64,000 nt of DNA, from contig CAVXWP010000009.1 of the NCBI GenBank assembly GCA_963765495.1, positions 672,001 through 736,000 on the forward strand, given 5' to 3'. This document shows, piece by piece, positions 33,464 to 42,016 of the stretch (position 1 is the first letter of the stretch; every line of letters starts with the position of its first letter). The notes under the pieces are model-generated. The model worked only from the letters and a program-made list of their open reading frames with translations. It made no database searches and was not told the DNA's origin. The stretch is from Blastocatellia bacterium. GTDB lineage: Bacteria > Acidobacteriota > Blastocatellia > UBA7656. The position numbers and the translations under genes are program-made.

Positions 33464-34990
33464 TTATTTCTGAAATACCTGATCTACGGGGATGATCTCG
33501 ACCTGTTTGGGTTCGAGCGGGAGTCTGTATTTCTCGATTATTTTGTCCTCTTCGAGTATATCTTTCGGCATAGAAGCTGTGTAGCTTATGGGCGAAGGCT
33601 TGTTTGAAAGCACCGCTTCCTTAAACTCCGTAGCGTCCTTTGTGACCACTACTATTTTCACATTGTCCGCTTGCAGATATTTTTTTATAGCCCGATTCAC
33701 ATCTTCAAGCTTGAGCTTTGCCAGCCTGTCACGGACATACTCGTTGAAGTCTCCGATCCCATAAAAACGGCTGTCGAGCGCATAGCCGAGTTGCGCGTCC
33801 TGAGTCTTGGTGAGCGAAGAGACGTTCTTTGAGAGAAACTGCCGCGTGGCCTCGAAATTCTCTTTCGACATCCCGTCTTCGACCAGTTTTCTCAACTCGT
33901 AGAGCGCAGCCCTCAGAGCAAACACACCGTTCTTTGGCTCTACGGGGCGTATCCACACTTGAAAGATTTGCTGATGGCGGGCAATGTTCGGGTCGGGCTG
34001 AAACTGAAACATGCCGCGCGGGAAATACTCTATGTAAGCGTAATCGCCGTAGTTGAGCCCGCGAATCTCGCGCAGGCGGTGATAAAGATAGCTGTTGCTC
34101 GAACGGTGCTGCCCGAAATAGGATTGGACCACGAGCAGCGCGGGCCAGTCCTTATCGGCGCGAGTCACAGGTATGGGGAACCCGAACGAGATGGCCGTAC
34201 CGGGCGTGTCCTTCTCGATGATCTCCATCTCAAGCCCGTGGATCGCCTCCGGCGCGGGCAGGTCGAGTTTCGCAGGCTTTCCTGTCGGGAGTTTTGCCGC
34301 GAAGTCCGATTCGACTTTTGCCAGGAAATCCTTAGGATATCCGCCCGCAAGCCCTATGACCAGATTCGCCTCGTTGTAGTTGTCCTCATAGAATTCCTTC
34401 AGATCCGCGATGGTCAGTTTTTCAAGCGCTTCGACCGTGCCTACGCTGTAGTGTCCGTAAGGATGGCCTTCATAGATGAAGTTGTAGAGCGCCTCTTTGC
34501 CCAGTTCTTCGTCGTTGTTGCCGCGAAGATTGATCTTCAAAGAGTTGATCGCATCTTCTTTGATGCGCTTGAAATCGTCCTCGCGCCAGCCGGGGCTGAG
34601 CAGCATGTCAGAGATTATAGAGTAGTACTTTTGCAGGTTATCAATATGCGTGGTGCCGTAAAAGACGGTCATTTCATTATCAACCTGCGAGTTGAAAGAC
34701 GTGGCCATAGGGTACATGGCCGCGACTATTTGCTCATAGGTCATGGTCTTGCTTCCGCCTCCCGAAATCATTGCGGCAGTCAGAGCAGCTACGCCTTCTT
34801 TACCTTTCGGGTCATAGGCCGAGCCCGTGTTGAAGAGTATGCGAAAGCTGACCAGAGGCGACGAATTTGGTAAGAGCACAGTTGCCAATTTTGGCGAACC
34901 CTTTCCGGCCTGCGCCGACGCAAGCCCAGGCGCTGCGAGCGCCAGAACTAAAATCAGAACTAAAGAAAGATTGATCCATCTAAGTGACAT
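33464..34990 (-). CDS. M16 (pitrilysin-family) peptidase, non-catalytic subunit
   Basis: GSAYDPKGKEG without HxxEH; LREIRGLNY motif; signal peptide. Confidence 0.9.
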   Translation of the reverse strand: MSLRWINLSLVLILVLALAAPGLASAQAGKGSPKLATVLLPNSSPLVSFRILFNTGSAYDPKGKEGVAALTAAMISGGGSKTMTYEQIVAAMYPMATSFNSQVDNEMTVFYGTTHIDNLQKYYSIISDMLLSPGWREDDFKRIKEDAINSLKINLRGNNDEELGKEALYNFIYEGHPYGHYSVGTVEALEKLTIADLKEFYEDNYNEANLVIGLAGGYPKDFLAKVESDFAAKLPTGKPAKLDLPAPEAIHGLEMEIIEKDTPGTAISFGFPIPVTRADKDWPALLVVQSYFGQHRSSNSYLYHRLREIRGLNYGDYAYIEYFPRGMFQFQPDPNIARHQQIFQVWIRPVEPKNGVFALRAALYELRKLVEDGMSKENFEATRQFLSKNVSSLTKTQDAQLGYALDSRFYGIGDFNEYVRDRLAKLKLEDVNRAIKKYLQADNVKIVVVTKDATEFKEAVLSNKPSPISYTASMPKDILEEDKIIEKYRLPLEPKQVEIIPVDQVFQK

Positions 34991-34991
34991 A

Positions 34992-36329
34992 TTACTGCTT
35001 CTCCTCGTGCGCCAGGGTCACAACCGTCCGGTGCTTGTCTACGAAATACTTCTTTGCCATACCCTGAATATCTTCGGGAGTGATCGAAGCGTAGACGGTG
35101 TAAAGCTTGTTTATGGTCTCGGGCGTGCGACGCAGCGCGATATAAGGAGCAAGCCCACTTGCTATCGCCTCGGAGTTATCGAGGCTCAGGGCAAACTCGT
35201 ATTTCAGATGCGACTTGACTGCTTCGAGCTTCTCTTTTGCTACCTTATTGGTCTTGAACCAGTCGAAGGTTTTTATGATCTCGCCTCTGACGTAATCCAT
35301 GTCTTTCGGGTCTTTGACGCGAGCCATGACCGTCAGCAGATACGGGTCCATTCGATCATCGAAGGAAGCAAACAGCGAGTCTACTTTTTGCTCTTTTATG
35401 ACGAGCTTCTGATATAGATCGGAGGTCTCAGAAAAGCCGAGGTTGCTGATAAGGTCCATCGAAGGCATATCTTTCTGCTCGTCGGAGTAGGCCGGGCCTT
35501 TATAGCCAACCGCCAGCCACGGCAGCGTCTTTGTAGGCCAGTCGACATTGGCCGTCAACTCTTTGGTCTGCTCGGGCTCGTCTGGGATTTCAGGCGCGTA
35601 ATTGCCCCGCTTCCAGTCGCCCCAGTATTTTTTGACATCCTGCAAGACCTGGTCGTGGCTCACATCGCCCGCCACGATTATGGTCGTGTATTCCGGGCGA
35701 TAGTACCGCTTGAAGAATTCCTTGCTGTAGTCATACTCATTTGGCATGTCCTCGATGTCTTGAATAAAGCCCATCGTAGTGTGTTTATAAGTATGTTTCT
35801 GGAAGGCTGTATCGCGCAGGACTTCATACAGTTTGCGGACCGGGCTTGAGGCGTTCTTATTGTATTCGCCAAGCACGGCCCTGGTTTCGGTCTTGAAAAG
35901 ATCCTCCGGCACCTTGAGGTTTTGAAAGCGGTCGGCTTCGACCATCAATATCTCGTCGAGGTCTTCTTTGGAAAATACGGCGTGATAGACGGTGCGGTCA
36001 TCGGTCGTGTAGGCGTTGCGGTCCGCACCTGCCGCCTTGAATATCTCGTCGTATTTTTCTGCCGGGTACTTTTCAGTCCCGCGAAACATCAGATGCTCGA
36101 ACAGGTGGGCGAAGCCTGATTTGCCCGACTCGATCTCATTTCGCGATCCTGTGTTGACGACTACATAAAGCGCGACGATGTTCGGATAATCCGTAGGCAC
36201 GGTTATCACTCTTAGCCCGTTGGGCAAATCGTCCGTAGAATACTTGTACGGGAAAATCTTGTCTGCTCCAAATGTTGTCAAAGGCATAATCATCCCTAAG
36301 AATAGAAATAGGCTGACCAGTTTTTTCAT
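34992..36329 (-). CDS. M16 (pitrilysin-family) zinc peptidase, catalytic subunit
   Basis: GFAHLFEHLMF (HxxEH), NAYT; signal peptide. Confidence 0.93.
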   Translation of the reverse strand: MKKLVSLFLFLGMIMPLTTFGADKIFPYKYSTDDLPNGLRVITVPTDYPNIVALYVVVNTGSRNEIESGKSGFAHLFEHLMFRGTEKYPAEKYDEIFKAAGADRNAYTTDDRTVYHAVFSKEDLDEILMVEADRFQNLKVPEDLFKTETRAVLGEYNKNASSPVRKLYEVLRDTAFQKHTYKHTTMGFIQDIEDMPNEYDYSKEFFKRYYRPEYTTIIVAGDVSHDQVLQDVKKYWGDWKRGNYAPEIPDEPEQTKELTANVDWPTKTLPWLAVGYKGPAYSDEQKDMPSMDLISNLGFSETSDLYQKLVIKEQKVDSLFASFDDRMDPYLLTVMARVKDPKDMDYVRGEIIKTFDWFKTNKVAKEKLEAVKSHLKYEFALSLDNSEAIASGLAPYIALRRTPETINKLYTVYASITPEDIQGMAKKYFVDKHRTVVTLAHEEKQ

Positions 36330-36405
36330 GACGTAACCCCTCATTTATTGATATTAAATTATTAACGATGAAAAGCGAGTTCGCAAGCGACAGGCTATAC
36401 ATAGT

Positions 36406-37536
36406 TCATTTTTCAGGGGGAATCAGGGAAAAAGCGGGATTGTTCCTGCGCCGCCACACAAATCCGTCCAGCACGTAATGCGTCACCTGCGGCAACGCAA
36501 GCAACGGCACGATCAAAAACTTGAAGGCGGCCACATCCCAGGGTCCGCCGAAAAACCAGCCGCGCTCCTGCCACACCCCACGATCCCAGAACATCTCTTC
36601 GACATAGGCCAGCGCCCACAGAATGAACAGGAAAGCGGCAGGCCCGTGTGCGAACAGACGATAAGCGCCGCGCCCGTTAGCTTGCCTGAGCCTCGCTCGC
36701 GAATACCAGTAGATCAGCGCAAGGTACGGTACTCCGTGAATGATGACGTTTGTCACCGTAAAAGCGTAATCGGAATTGAAAGCGACTATGCCGACATACC
36801 AGCAAACCGCAGTCGTCGCGACGACTATATCTTTGCCGGGGTTTGATCGTTTTTTCACAAACCGACGATAAAGAGAATTGAGCGCGTACAACCCGAGCGC
36901 CGTCCAGTAAATCGGCTCGGCGATTCGCTCGATCATCGCGGGGATAGAGGTGAAGTCCTTAGCAAGAAACCACCAGAACCGACGAGGCAGATTGGTGTGC
37001 CAGTAAATCAGAGGGTATCCGGTCGCGGCATAAATAGCCGCCGTATCTATCCACCAGCCTGCGCGGTCGCGCTCGCCTGCGCGCGCGCGATAAAGCGCCA
37101 CCCAGCCGTATTGCTGTCTGACGAAATGAAAGACCGCGACATAGGCCAGCGCACGCCAGAAGACAAGCTCGCCTTCGGAATAAAGCGCCACCCCTATTGC
37201 AAAACCGATAGCAGGTACGAGCGTGTAGAGCCACGGTCTTCGCCTCACCTCTCCGACATCGAAATAGACTCTGAACCCCGTAGCGTAAACGTGAGCCACA
37301 TCTATCAACAGGACGGCGGGAATCCAAGCCCAGTCGGGCGTGTCATCGTAAAGCACACCGGCCTGAGCGCCTACCCATAGAAGCGCGAGGGAAACAACCG
37401 CGCTGCCAAGAAAGACAGATAGGTCAACAGGGGCTGAAAAGAGCCAGACCGGGCGAGGGCCGGAGCTTTGCCGGGGGCTGGTCCTGGAATCAATGACCGG
37501 CAATTGCTGTTCAGATATTTGCGCGCTGGCTGCCAT
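36406..37536 (-). CDS. Multi-pass membrane protein with His-containing motifs, last gene of the polyamine operon
   Basis: About 8 TM segments; DVAHVYAT, FHFVRQQYG, IHGVPY, THYVLDGFVW; start MAASAQ. Confidence 0.75.
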   Translation of the reverse strand: MAASAQISEQQLPVIDSRTSPRQSSGPRPVWLFSAPVDLSVFLGSAVVSLALLWVGAQAGVLYDDTPDWAWIPAVLLIDVAHVYATGFRVYFDVGEVRRRPWLYTLVPAIGFAIGVALYSEGELVFWRALAYVAVFHFVRQQYGWVALYRARAGERDRAGWWIDTAAIYAATGYPLIYWHTNLPRRFWWFLAKDFTSIPAMIERIAEPIYWTALGLYALNSLYRRFVKKRSNPGKDIVVATTAVCWYVGIVAFNSDYAFTVTNVIIHGVPYLALIYWYSRARLRQANGRGAYRLFAHGPAAFLFILWALAYVEEMFWDRGVWQERGWFFGGPWDVAAFKFLIVPLLALPQVTHYVLDGFVWRRRNNPAFSLIPPEK

Positions 37537-37540
37537 ATTC

Positions 37541-39199
37541 TTATCCCATCCGGCCCCCGGCCCCCGGCCCCCGGCCCCCAGTCGCAAGCACTTCATCAGC
37601 GGCCCTCATACCGTGATAAAAGGCTTCTTCGAAAAGCGCGACGCCGCTCAGGTCCGTGTTGGCAAAATGAATGCCTCGATATGGACGCGCAGCAGCCAGA
37701 CGCGCACCGCCCCAGATAAAACCGGGGCGCGGACGTATCATGGCGTGGCCCCATCTCATCACATCCAGACGTTCGACAAGCGAGCGTATACGGCTGTGTG
37801 CGCGAGTAAGGTCCGTGAGCGCCACATCGGCCCAGTCACGCTGGTCGGCGGCAAGCAATTTCTCTCGCGCATCTCGCGGGTTCTCGTCCGAAAGCGGATA
37901 GTAATAGGTAAAGACGGTCGGGCCTCGATCAAGCCCGCGCTGGTGAGTCGCGACTACGTATCCGAGAGACTCGCTATCATAAAGCACGTTGTCCCACGCT
38001 AGCGGAAAACCCCGGCTTTCGGGTCTGTCCTTCAGAAATAAATTTGCTACCATCCACGCGCCGTATTCGAACTCTGCCACTTCGGCGGGCGGGTTGTCGC
38101 GATAAGGGCGGATAAGATAGCGAGTCAAAAAATGAGGCGCGGCAAAGATCACTCGATCCGCATGAAAACCCCTGGCCTGTTGCCCCTCGTGATCGACGGC
38201 AATCACATCCACTCCGCTTCGACCGCTTGACTCGACGGGGATAATTTCCGATGCTGCCCATCCCAGTTGCACCTTTGATTTGACCTTGCCGTAGAGGTGC
38301 GCGATCAATCGCCCGTTGCCTTCGGGCCACGTCATAAGGGGGCGCGCTTCCTGGCCGGGCTTTGGCACACGCGAGGCAAAATAGAAAAGCCCCGCCCACG
38401 CGCTTGTCTGCTCAACAGTCATCCCGTAATCGTCGCGGCAACTGTAATTCACAAGCCAGCGCAATCGCTCGGAGGTCAACCCTTTCTGGCGGAGCCATTC
38501 GGCCATCGTCATCTTATCGAGCGCCGTCACCTCCGCATCGTCGGACCCCGTGGAAATCGGTATCGTAAAGGCGCGGCGGCCCTTCGCGTCACGCCACCCA
38601 ACCCACCGGTCAACCTCCTTTTGAAACGCTTCGAGATGGGCCAGGTCCTCGGGGCTTGCGCCCGCGTGCAGGTAGAGACCTTCATACCAGTATCCCCGAT
38701 AAAAGGTGCGCTCTTCGGGGTCGCGGCAGAGGAACTGTTCGGCAACAACCGGTTCGCCCTCTTTGTCCTGCCCTTCGAGCATGTCCATCTCGTCAAGCAA
38801 AGAGATGAGCGCGGCATTCTCTTTGAGCGGCGCGGGCAGGTAATGCGCTCCCCACGGATATGATATTAGCGGCGAAGAACCGCTGCGCGCCGTTCCGCCC
38901 GGCGCAGGCTCAAGTTCGATCAAGGCAAAATCATCGAGACCTGACTTCATCAAATGCCACGCGGCGGTGAGCCCCGCAACCCCGCCGCCGACTATCACTA
39001 CCTTTACGCGCTCCCACCTGTCGTCGGGCGGAGTGATGCTCAAACCATCGCGCAAGAGATGGCCTATGCGATTTGATGCCCCGATGATTTCGCCCGCAGG
39101 CAAGGGCACGGGCTCAGGCGACCGGCAGGCAGAAAGGGCAAGCGGCAAGCCGAGAAAGGCAGCAAGCACTTCGCGTCTTGTGAAATTGCTTCCGGTCAT
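37541..39199 (-). CDS. Flavin-dependent amine oxidoreductase, predicted Tat-exported lipoprotein
   Basis: TRREVL twin-Arg, LSAC lipobox, VIVGGGVAGL Rossmann motif, WGAHY, RWGHAM. Confidence 0.85.
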   Translation of the reverse strand: MTGSNFTRREVLAAFLGLPLALSACRSPEPVPLPAGEIIGASNRIGHLLRDGLSITPPDDRWERVKVVIVGGGVAGLTAAWHLMKSGLDDFALIELEPAPGGTARSGSSPLISYPWGAHYLPAPLKENAALISLLDEMDMLEGQDKEGEPVVAEQFLCRDPEERTFYRGYWYEGLYLHAGASPEDLAHLEAFQKEVDRWVGWRDAKGRRAFTIPISTGSDDAEVTALDKMTMAEWLRQKGLTSERLRWLVNYSCRDDYGMTVEQTSAWAGLFYFASRVPKPGQEARPLMTWPEGNGRLIAHLYGKVKSKVQLGWAASEIIPVESSGRSGVDVIAVDHEGQQARGFHADRVIFAAPHFLTRYLIRPYRDNPPAEVAEFEYGAWMVANLFLKDRPESRGFPLAWDNVLYDSESLGYVVATHQRGLDRGPTVFTYYYPLSDENPRDAREKLLAADQRDWADVALTDLTRAHSRIRSLVERLDVMRWGHAMIRPRPGFIWGGARLAAARPYRGIHFANTDLSGVALFEEAFYHGMRAADEVLATGGRGPGAGGRMG

Positions 39200-39241
39200 A
39201 TGATGAGAATGGACAAACAACGAGCTATTGATGAACACCAA

Positions 39242-39844
39242 TCAGTCGATCCGCTTTTTGCCGGTGATAATCACGACTTCCGATCCCCCGAATGCAGTCT
39301 TGGAAACCGTTATCCCAAGGAACGCGAACCCCGTTCTACCGGCTTCGTTTATCTCCTTTTGCATAGTCGAAGTCCTCTTGGTCGCAAGCAGCTTGTACTC
39401 GTGGTGGACGGGTTTGGAGTTTCTGTCGCGCTCCATAATTATGACTACTTCGTTGCCGCCAAAGGTGGTGCGAAACACCGACTGCCCCTTGTAATAAAAA
39501 CCCTCGTCGGCAGCCTCTTTCATCTCCTTCTGCATGGTCGATGTCCTGTTTGTAGCAAGCAATTTGTACTGAAAAAGCGATTTGCTCTCTGCCTCCATCT
39601 TCGCCATTATGACGACAGCTTCATCACCTCCAAAAGAGGTTTCGCCTCCCATTACTCCTTCAAAACGAAACCCCTCTTCGGCGGCCTGATTCATCTCTTT
39701 TTCCATTGTCGAAGTTCTATTGGTGGCCAGCAAACGATACTCGAACTGTTCGTCGTCAGACTCTCTAAACACGTTCGCAAAACTTATCTGCCCGAAGCCC
39801 GTAACCGCGAGCAGTATCGAAATCACGCAAATACGTAAGATCAT
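39242..39844 (-). CDS. Secreted protein with three tandem ~50-aa repeats
   Basis: (E/Q)Y(R/K)LLAT(N/K)RTSTM(E/Q)KE..EAA..GF three times; signal peptide; GAGGGAGG RBS. Confidence 0.8.
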   Translation of the reverse strand: MILRICVISILLAVTGFGQISFANVFRESDDEQFEYRLLATNRTSTMEKEMNQAAEEGFRFEGVMGGETSFGGDEAVVIMAKMEAESKSLFQYKLLATNRTSTMQKEMKEAADEGFYYKGQSVFRTTFGGNEVVIIMERDRNSKPVHHEYKLLATKRTSTMQKEINEAGRTGFAFLGITVSKTAFGGSEVVIITGKKRID

Positions 39845-39861
39845 AACTCCTCCCTCTTCGA

Positions 39862-41364
39862 TCATTCGTATCTTTTCCACTCCGATTCGTAATAACGAAC
39901 GAGCGCCTGATTGTCGAGGCGGTTTATTTCCACTGGCACGGGACTGAGGTCTGAGGGCAGGACGAACATCGCTTCCATTGCGCGGTCATCCAGGAAACGC
40001 AGCCCTTCGGGAGCGCGTGCGGGAGCATCGAACGGCGCGAGTCGCGCAAGAGCGAATCCCCACACGCCAAATGAGGGAACCGCCGTCTGGTAAGGCTTCA
40101 CCGCAAAGCCCGCCGCCTCGATGGTTTTCACTATACACCAGTAAGATGAGCGCGCAAACAGAGGCGATGTGCATTGCACGCTGATCGCCGAATCGGGCGC
40201 GAGTCGCGCCTTCAAGAGATGATAGAACCTCGTGGTGTAGAGCTTTCCGAGAGCAAAAGTGTTTGGATCGGGGAAATCCACTATGGCTACATCGAAGATT
40301 TCGCCCGGTTTCTCAAGCCAGATCATCGCGTCTTCATTGATCACTCTGACTCGCGGATCAGAGAAAGAATGTTTATTCAACTCGGCGAGCGGCGGAAAGA
40401 CCTCAGACAGTTTCGTCATCGCCGGATCAAGGTCCACAAGCGTTACGGATTCCACGCTCGGGTAACGCAAAATCTCTCTGAGCGCGAGGCCGTCGCCTCC
40501 GCCAAGCACAAGCACGCGGCGAGGCGTGCCCACCATCATCATCGGCGGATGCACAAGGGCTTCGTGATAGCGGTATTCATCCGTGGAACTGAATTGCAGA
40601 TGGCCGTTTAAGAATAGCTGAAAGCCCGCCCGGCCGCGCGTCACGACTATTCGCTGGTAAGGCGTGTTGCGCGAATAGATGATGTCATCGGCAAACAACT
40701 CGTCTTCGGCAAGCGATGTGAGGGTATCAGCCTTGATCACACCGATCAGCAGGATTGCCATCACTATAACAGCGCGGCCTCTCAGCCCCGAGACTTCACC
40801 CTTGATCAAGGGCCGCATCAGCCACGTGCCCCACAGGCCCACTCCCGCGTTCAGCATCCCGAATACGAGCGATGTGCGAACGAGTCCGAGTTTCGGCACC
40901 AGAAAGAGCGGAAACAGAAGCGAAGCCACGAGCGCGCCCATGTAATCAAAGGCGAGGACTCTCGAAATTATCTCTTTGAAATCGAGATTGTCTTTCAGTA
41001 TCCGCATCAATAGAGGGATCTCAAGACCCACAAGCGCGCCTATCATGAAGACCACGACATAGAGGACTATGTGAAAATAATTGAGCCGGGCAAAGCTCAA
41101 AAAAAGCAGGGGAGCCGACAGCCCGCCAAGCAACGCTACGCCGATTTCCACATCAACGAACTTGCGCGCAAGCCCGGTGTCTATAAAGCGCGAAAGCCAC
41201 GAACCCGCGCCCATAGCCGAAAGATATATCCCGATTATCAGTGAAAACTGCGTTACGGAATCACCGAGCACATAGCTGGCCAGGGTGCCTGCGAGCAACT
41301 CGTAAACCAGCCCGCACGTGGCTATGATCAGCACGTTCAGAAACAGTATGGGCGTGCGATTCAT
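39862..41364 (-). CDS. speE: Membrane-fused polyamine aminopropyltransferase (spermidine synthase-like)
   Basis: N-terminal multi-TM domain ([10 protein letters not shown]), [28 protein letters not shown]. Confidence 0.92.
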   Translation of the reverse strand: MNRTPILFLNVLIIATCGLVYELLAGTLASYVLGDSVTQFSLIIGIYLSAMGAGSWLSRFIDTGLARKFVDVEIGVALLGGLSAPLLFLSFARLNYFHIVLYVVVFMIGALVGLEIPLLMRILKDNLDFKEIISRVLAFDYMGALVASLLFPLFLVPKLGLVRTSLVFGMLNAGVGLWGTWLMRPLIKGEVSGLRGRAVIVMAILLIGVIKADTLTSLAEDELFADDIIYSRNTPYQRIVVTRGRAGFQLFLNGHLQFSSTDEYRYHEALVHPPMMMVGTPRRVLVLGGGDGLALREILRYPSVESVTLVDLDPAMTKLSEVFPPLAELNKHSFSDPRVRVINEDAMIWLEKPGEIFDVAIVDFPDPNTFALGKLYTTRFYHLLKARLAPDSAISVQCTSPLFARSSYWCIVKTIEAAGFAVKPYQTAVPSFGVWGFALARLAPFDAPARAPEGLRFLDDRAMEAMFVLPSDLSPVPVEINRLDNQALVRYYESEWKRYE

Positions 41365-41367
41365 TTA

Positions 41368-41697
41368 CTACCCGTGGACGGCAGCCGATACTATAAGCGC
41401 GATGCCTAAGATCACCGAAGCTATAACGATGGCAAGCGCGGTGTTTTGATCATCTTCGATCTCCTTGCGAATCGAAAAAGGCGAGGTCTTGACGATGATC
41501 CAGAAGGCGAGCGCAAATAGCAGAAGCCCGATAAGTGAAAAGGCCAGCGTTGATACGATCAACTCGGGTAGCTGATCAACGGGTATCAGCAGGCCAAAGG
41601 GTTTGAGCTCAAAGAATTTGAGACCAAAGAATTTGAGACCAAAGAGTTTGGCCGGCGCAATCGAACCCGCCTGATGAATAAGATAATCTGTTGGCAT
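41368..41697 (-). CDS. DUF350 family membrane protein
   Basis: SPFSIRKEIEDDQNTALAIV..IVSAAVHG. Confidence 0.85.
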   Translation of the reverse strand: MPTDYLIHQAGSIAPAKLFGLKFFGLKFFELKPFGLLIPVDQLPELIVSTLAFSLIGLLLFALAFWIIVKTSPFSIRKEIEDDQNTALAIVIASVILGIALIVSAAVHG

Positions 41698-41880
41698 TTA
41701 TTTTCCTCCTCGATAGCCTGAATGCCAGAAGTGGAACGAGCGATACCCGCCCGGCGATTGGCGCACATCGGCAGGCAGCACTTCGCGTTGAGGGTCGCCA
41801 AACTCCTTGCCGGTGAGCGCAACATAGCCGTAGAGCGCGATTATCAGAATTCCAAAAACCAGATAGAGCTTTGTTAACAC
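41698..41880 (-). CDS. 60-aa single-TM peptide with Gly/aromatic tail ending GYRGGK
   Basis: AAAGGAG RBS, GTG start, stop abuts the DUF350 ATG (TAAATG). Confidence 0.8.
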   Translation of the reverse strand: MLTKLYLVFGILIIALYGYVALTGKEFGDPQREVLPADVRQSPGGYRSFHFWHSGYRGGK

Positions 41881-41908
41881 TTCTATTCTCCTTTAAGAGT
41901 TCCGCAAT

Positions 41909-41977
41909 AGCCACAGAGGCACCGCAGAGACAGGGAAAAGATTATAAAAACCTCTGTGCCTCTGCGCCTCTGTGGCA
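41909..41977. repeat. REP-like palindrome inside the operon
   Basis: GCCACAGAGGCACCGCAGAGACAG...CTCTGTGCCTCTGCGCCTCTGTGGC. Confidence 0.7.
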
Positions 41978-42016
41978 GATTTATTCCCTCTCTGAACAGA
42001 TCTAACCATATAGTTT

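Noticed and set aside
33959-34873. 304-aa plus-strand ORF
   Set aside because: Antisense shadow of the M16 subunit
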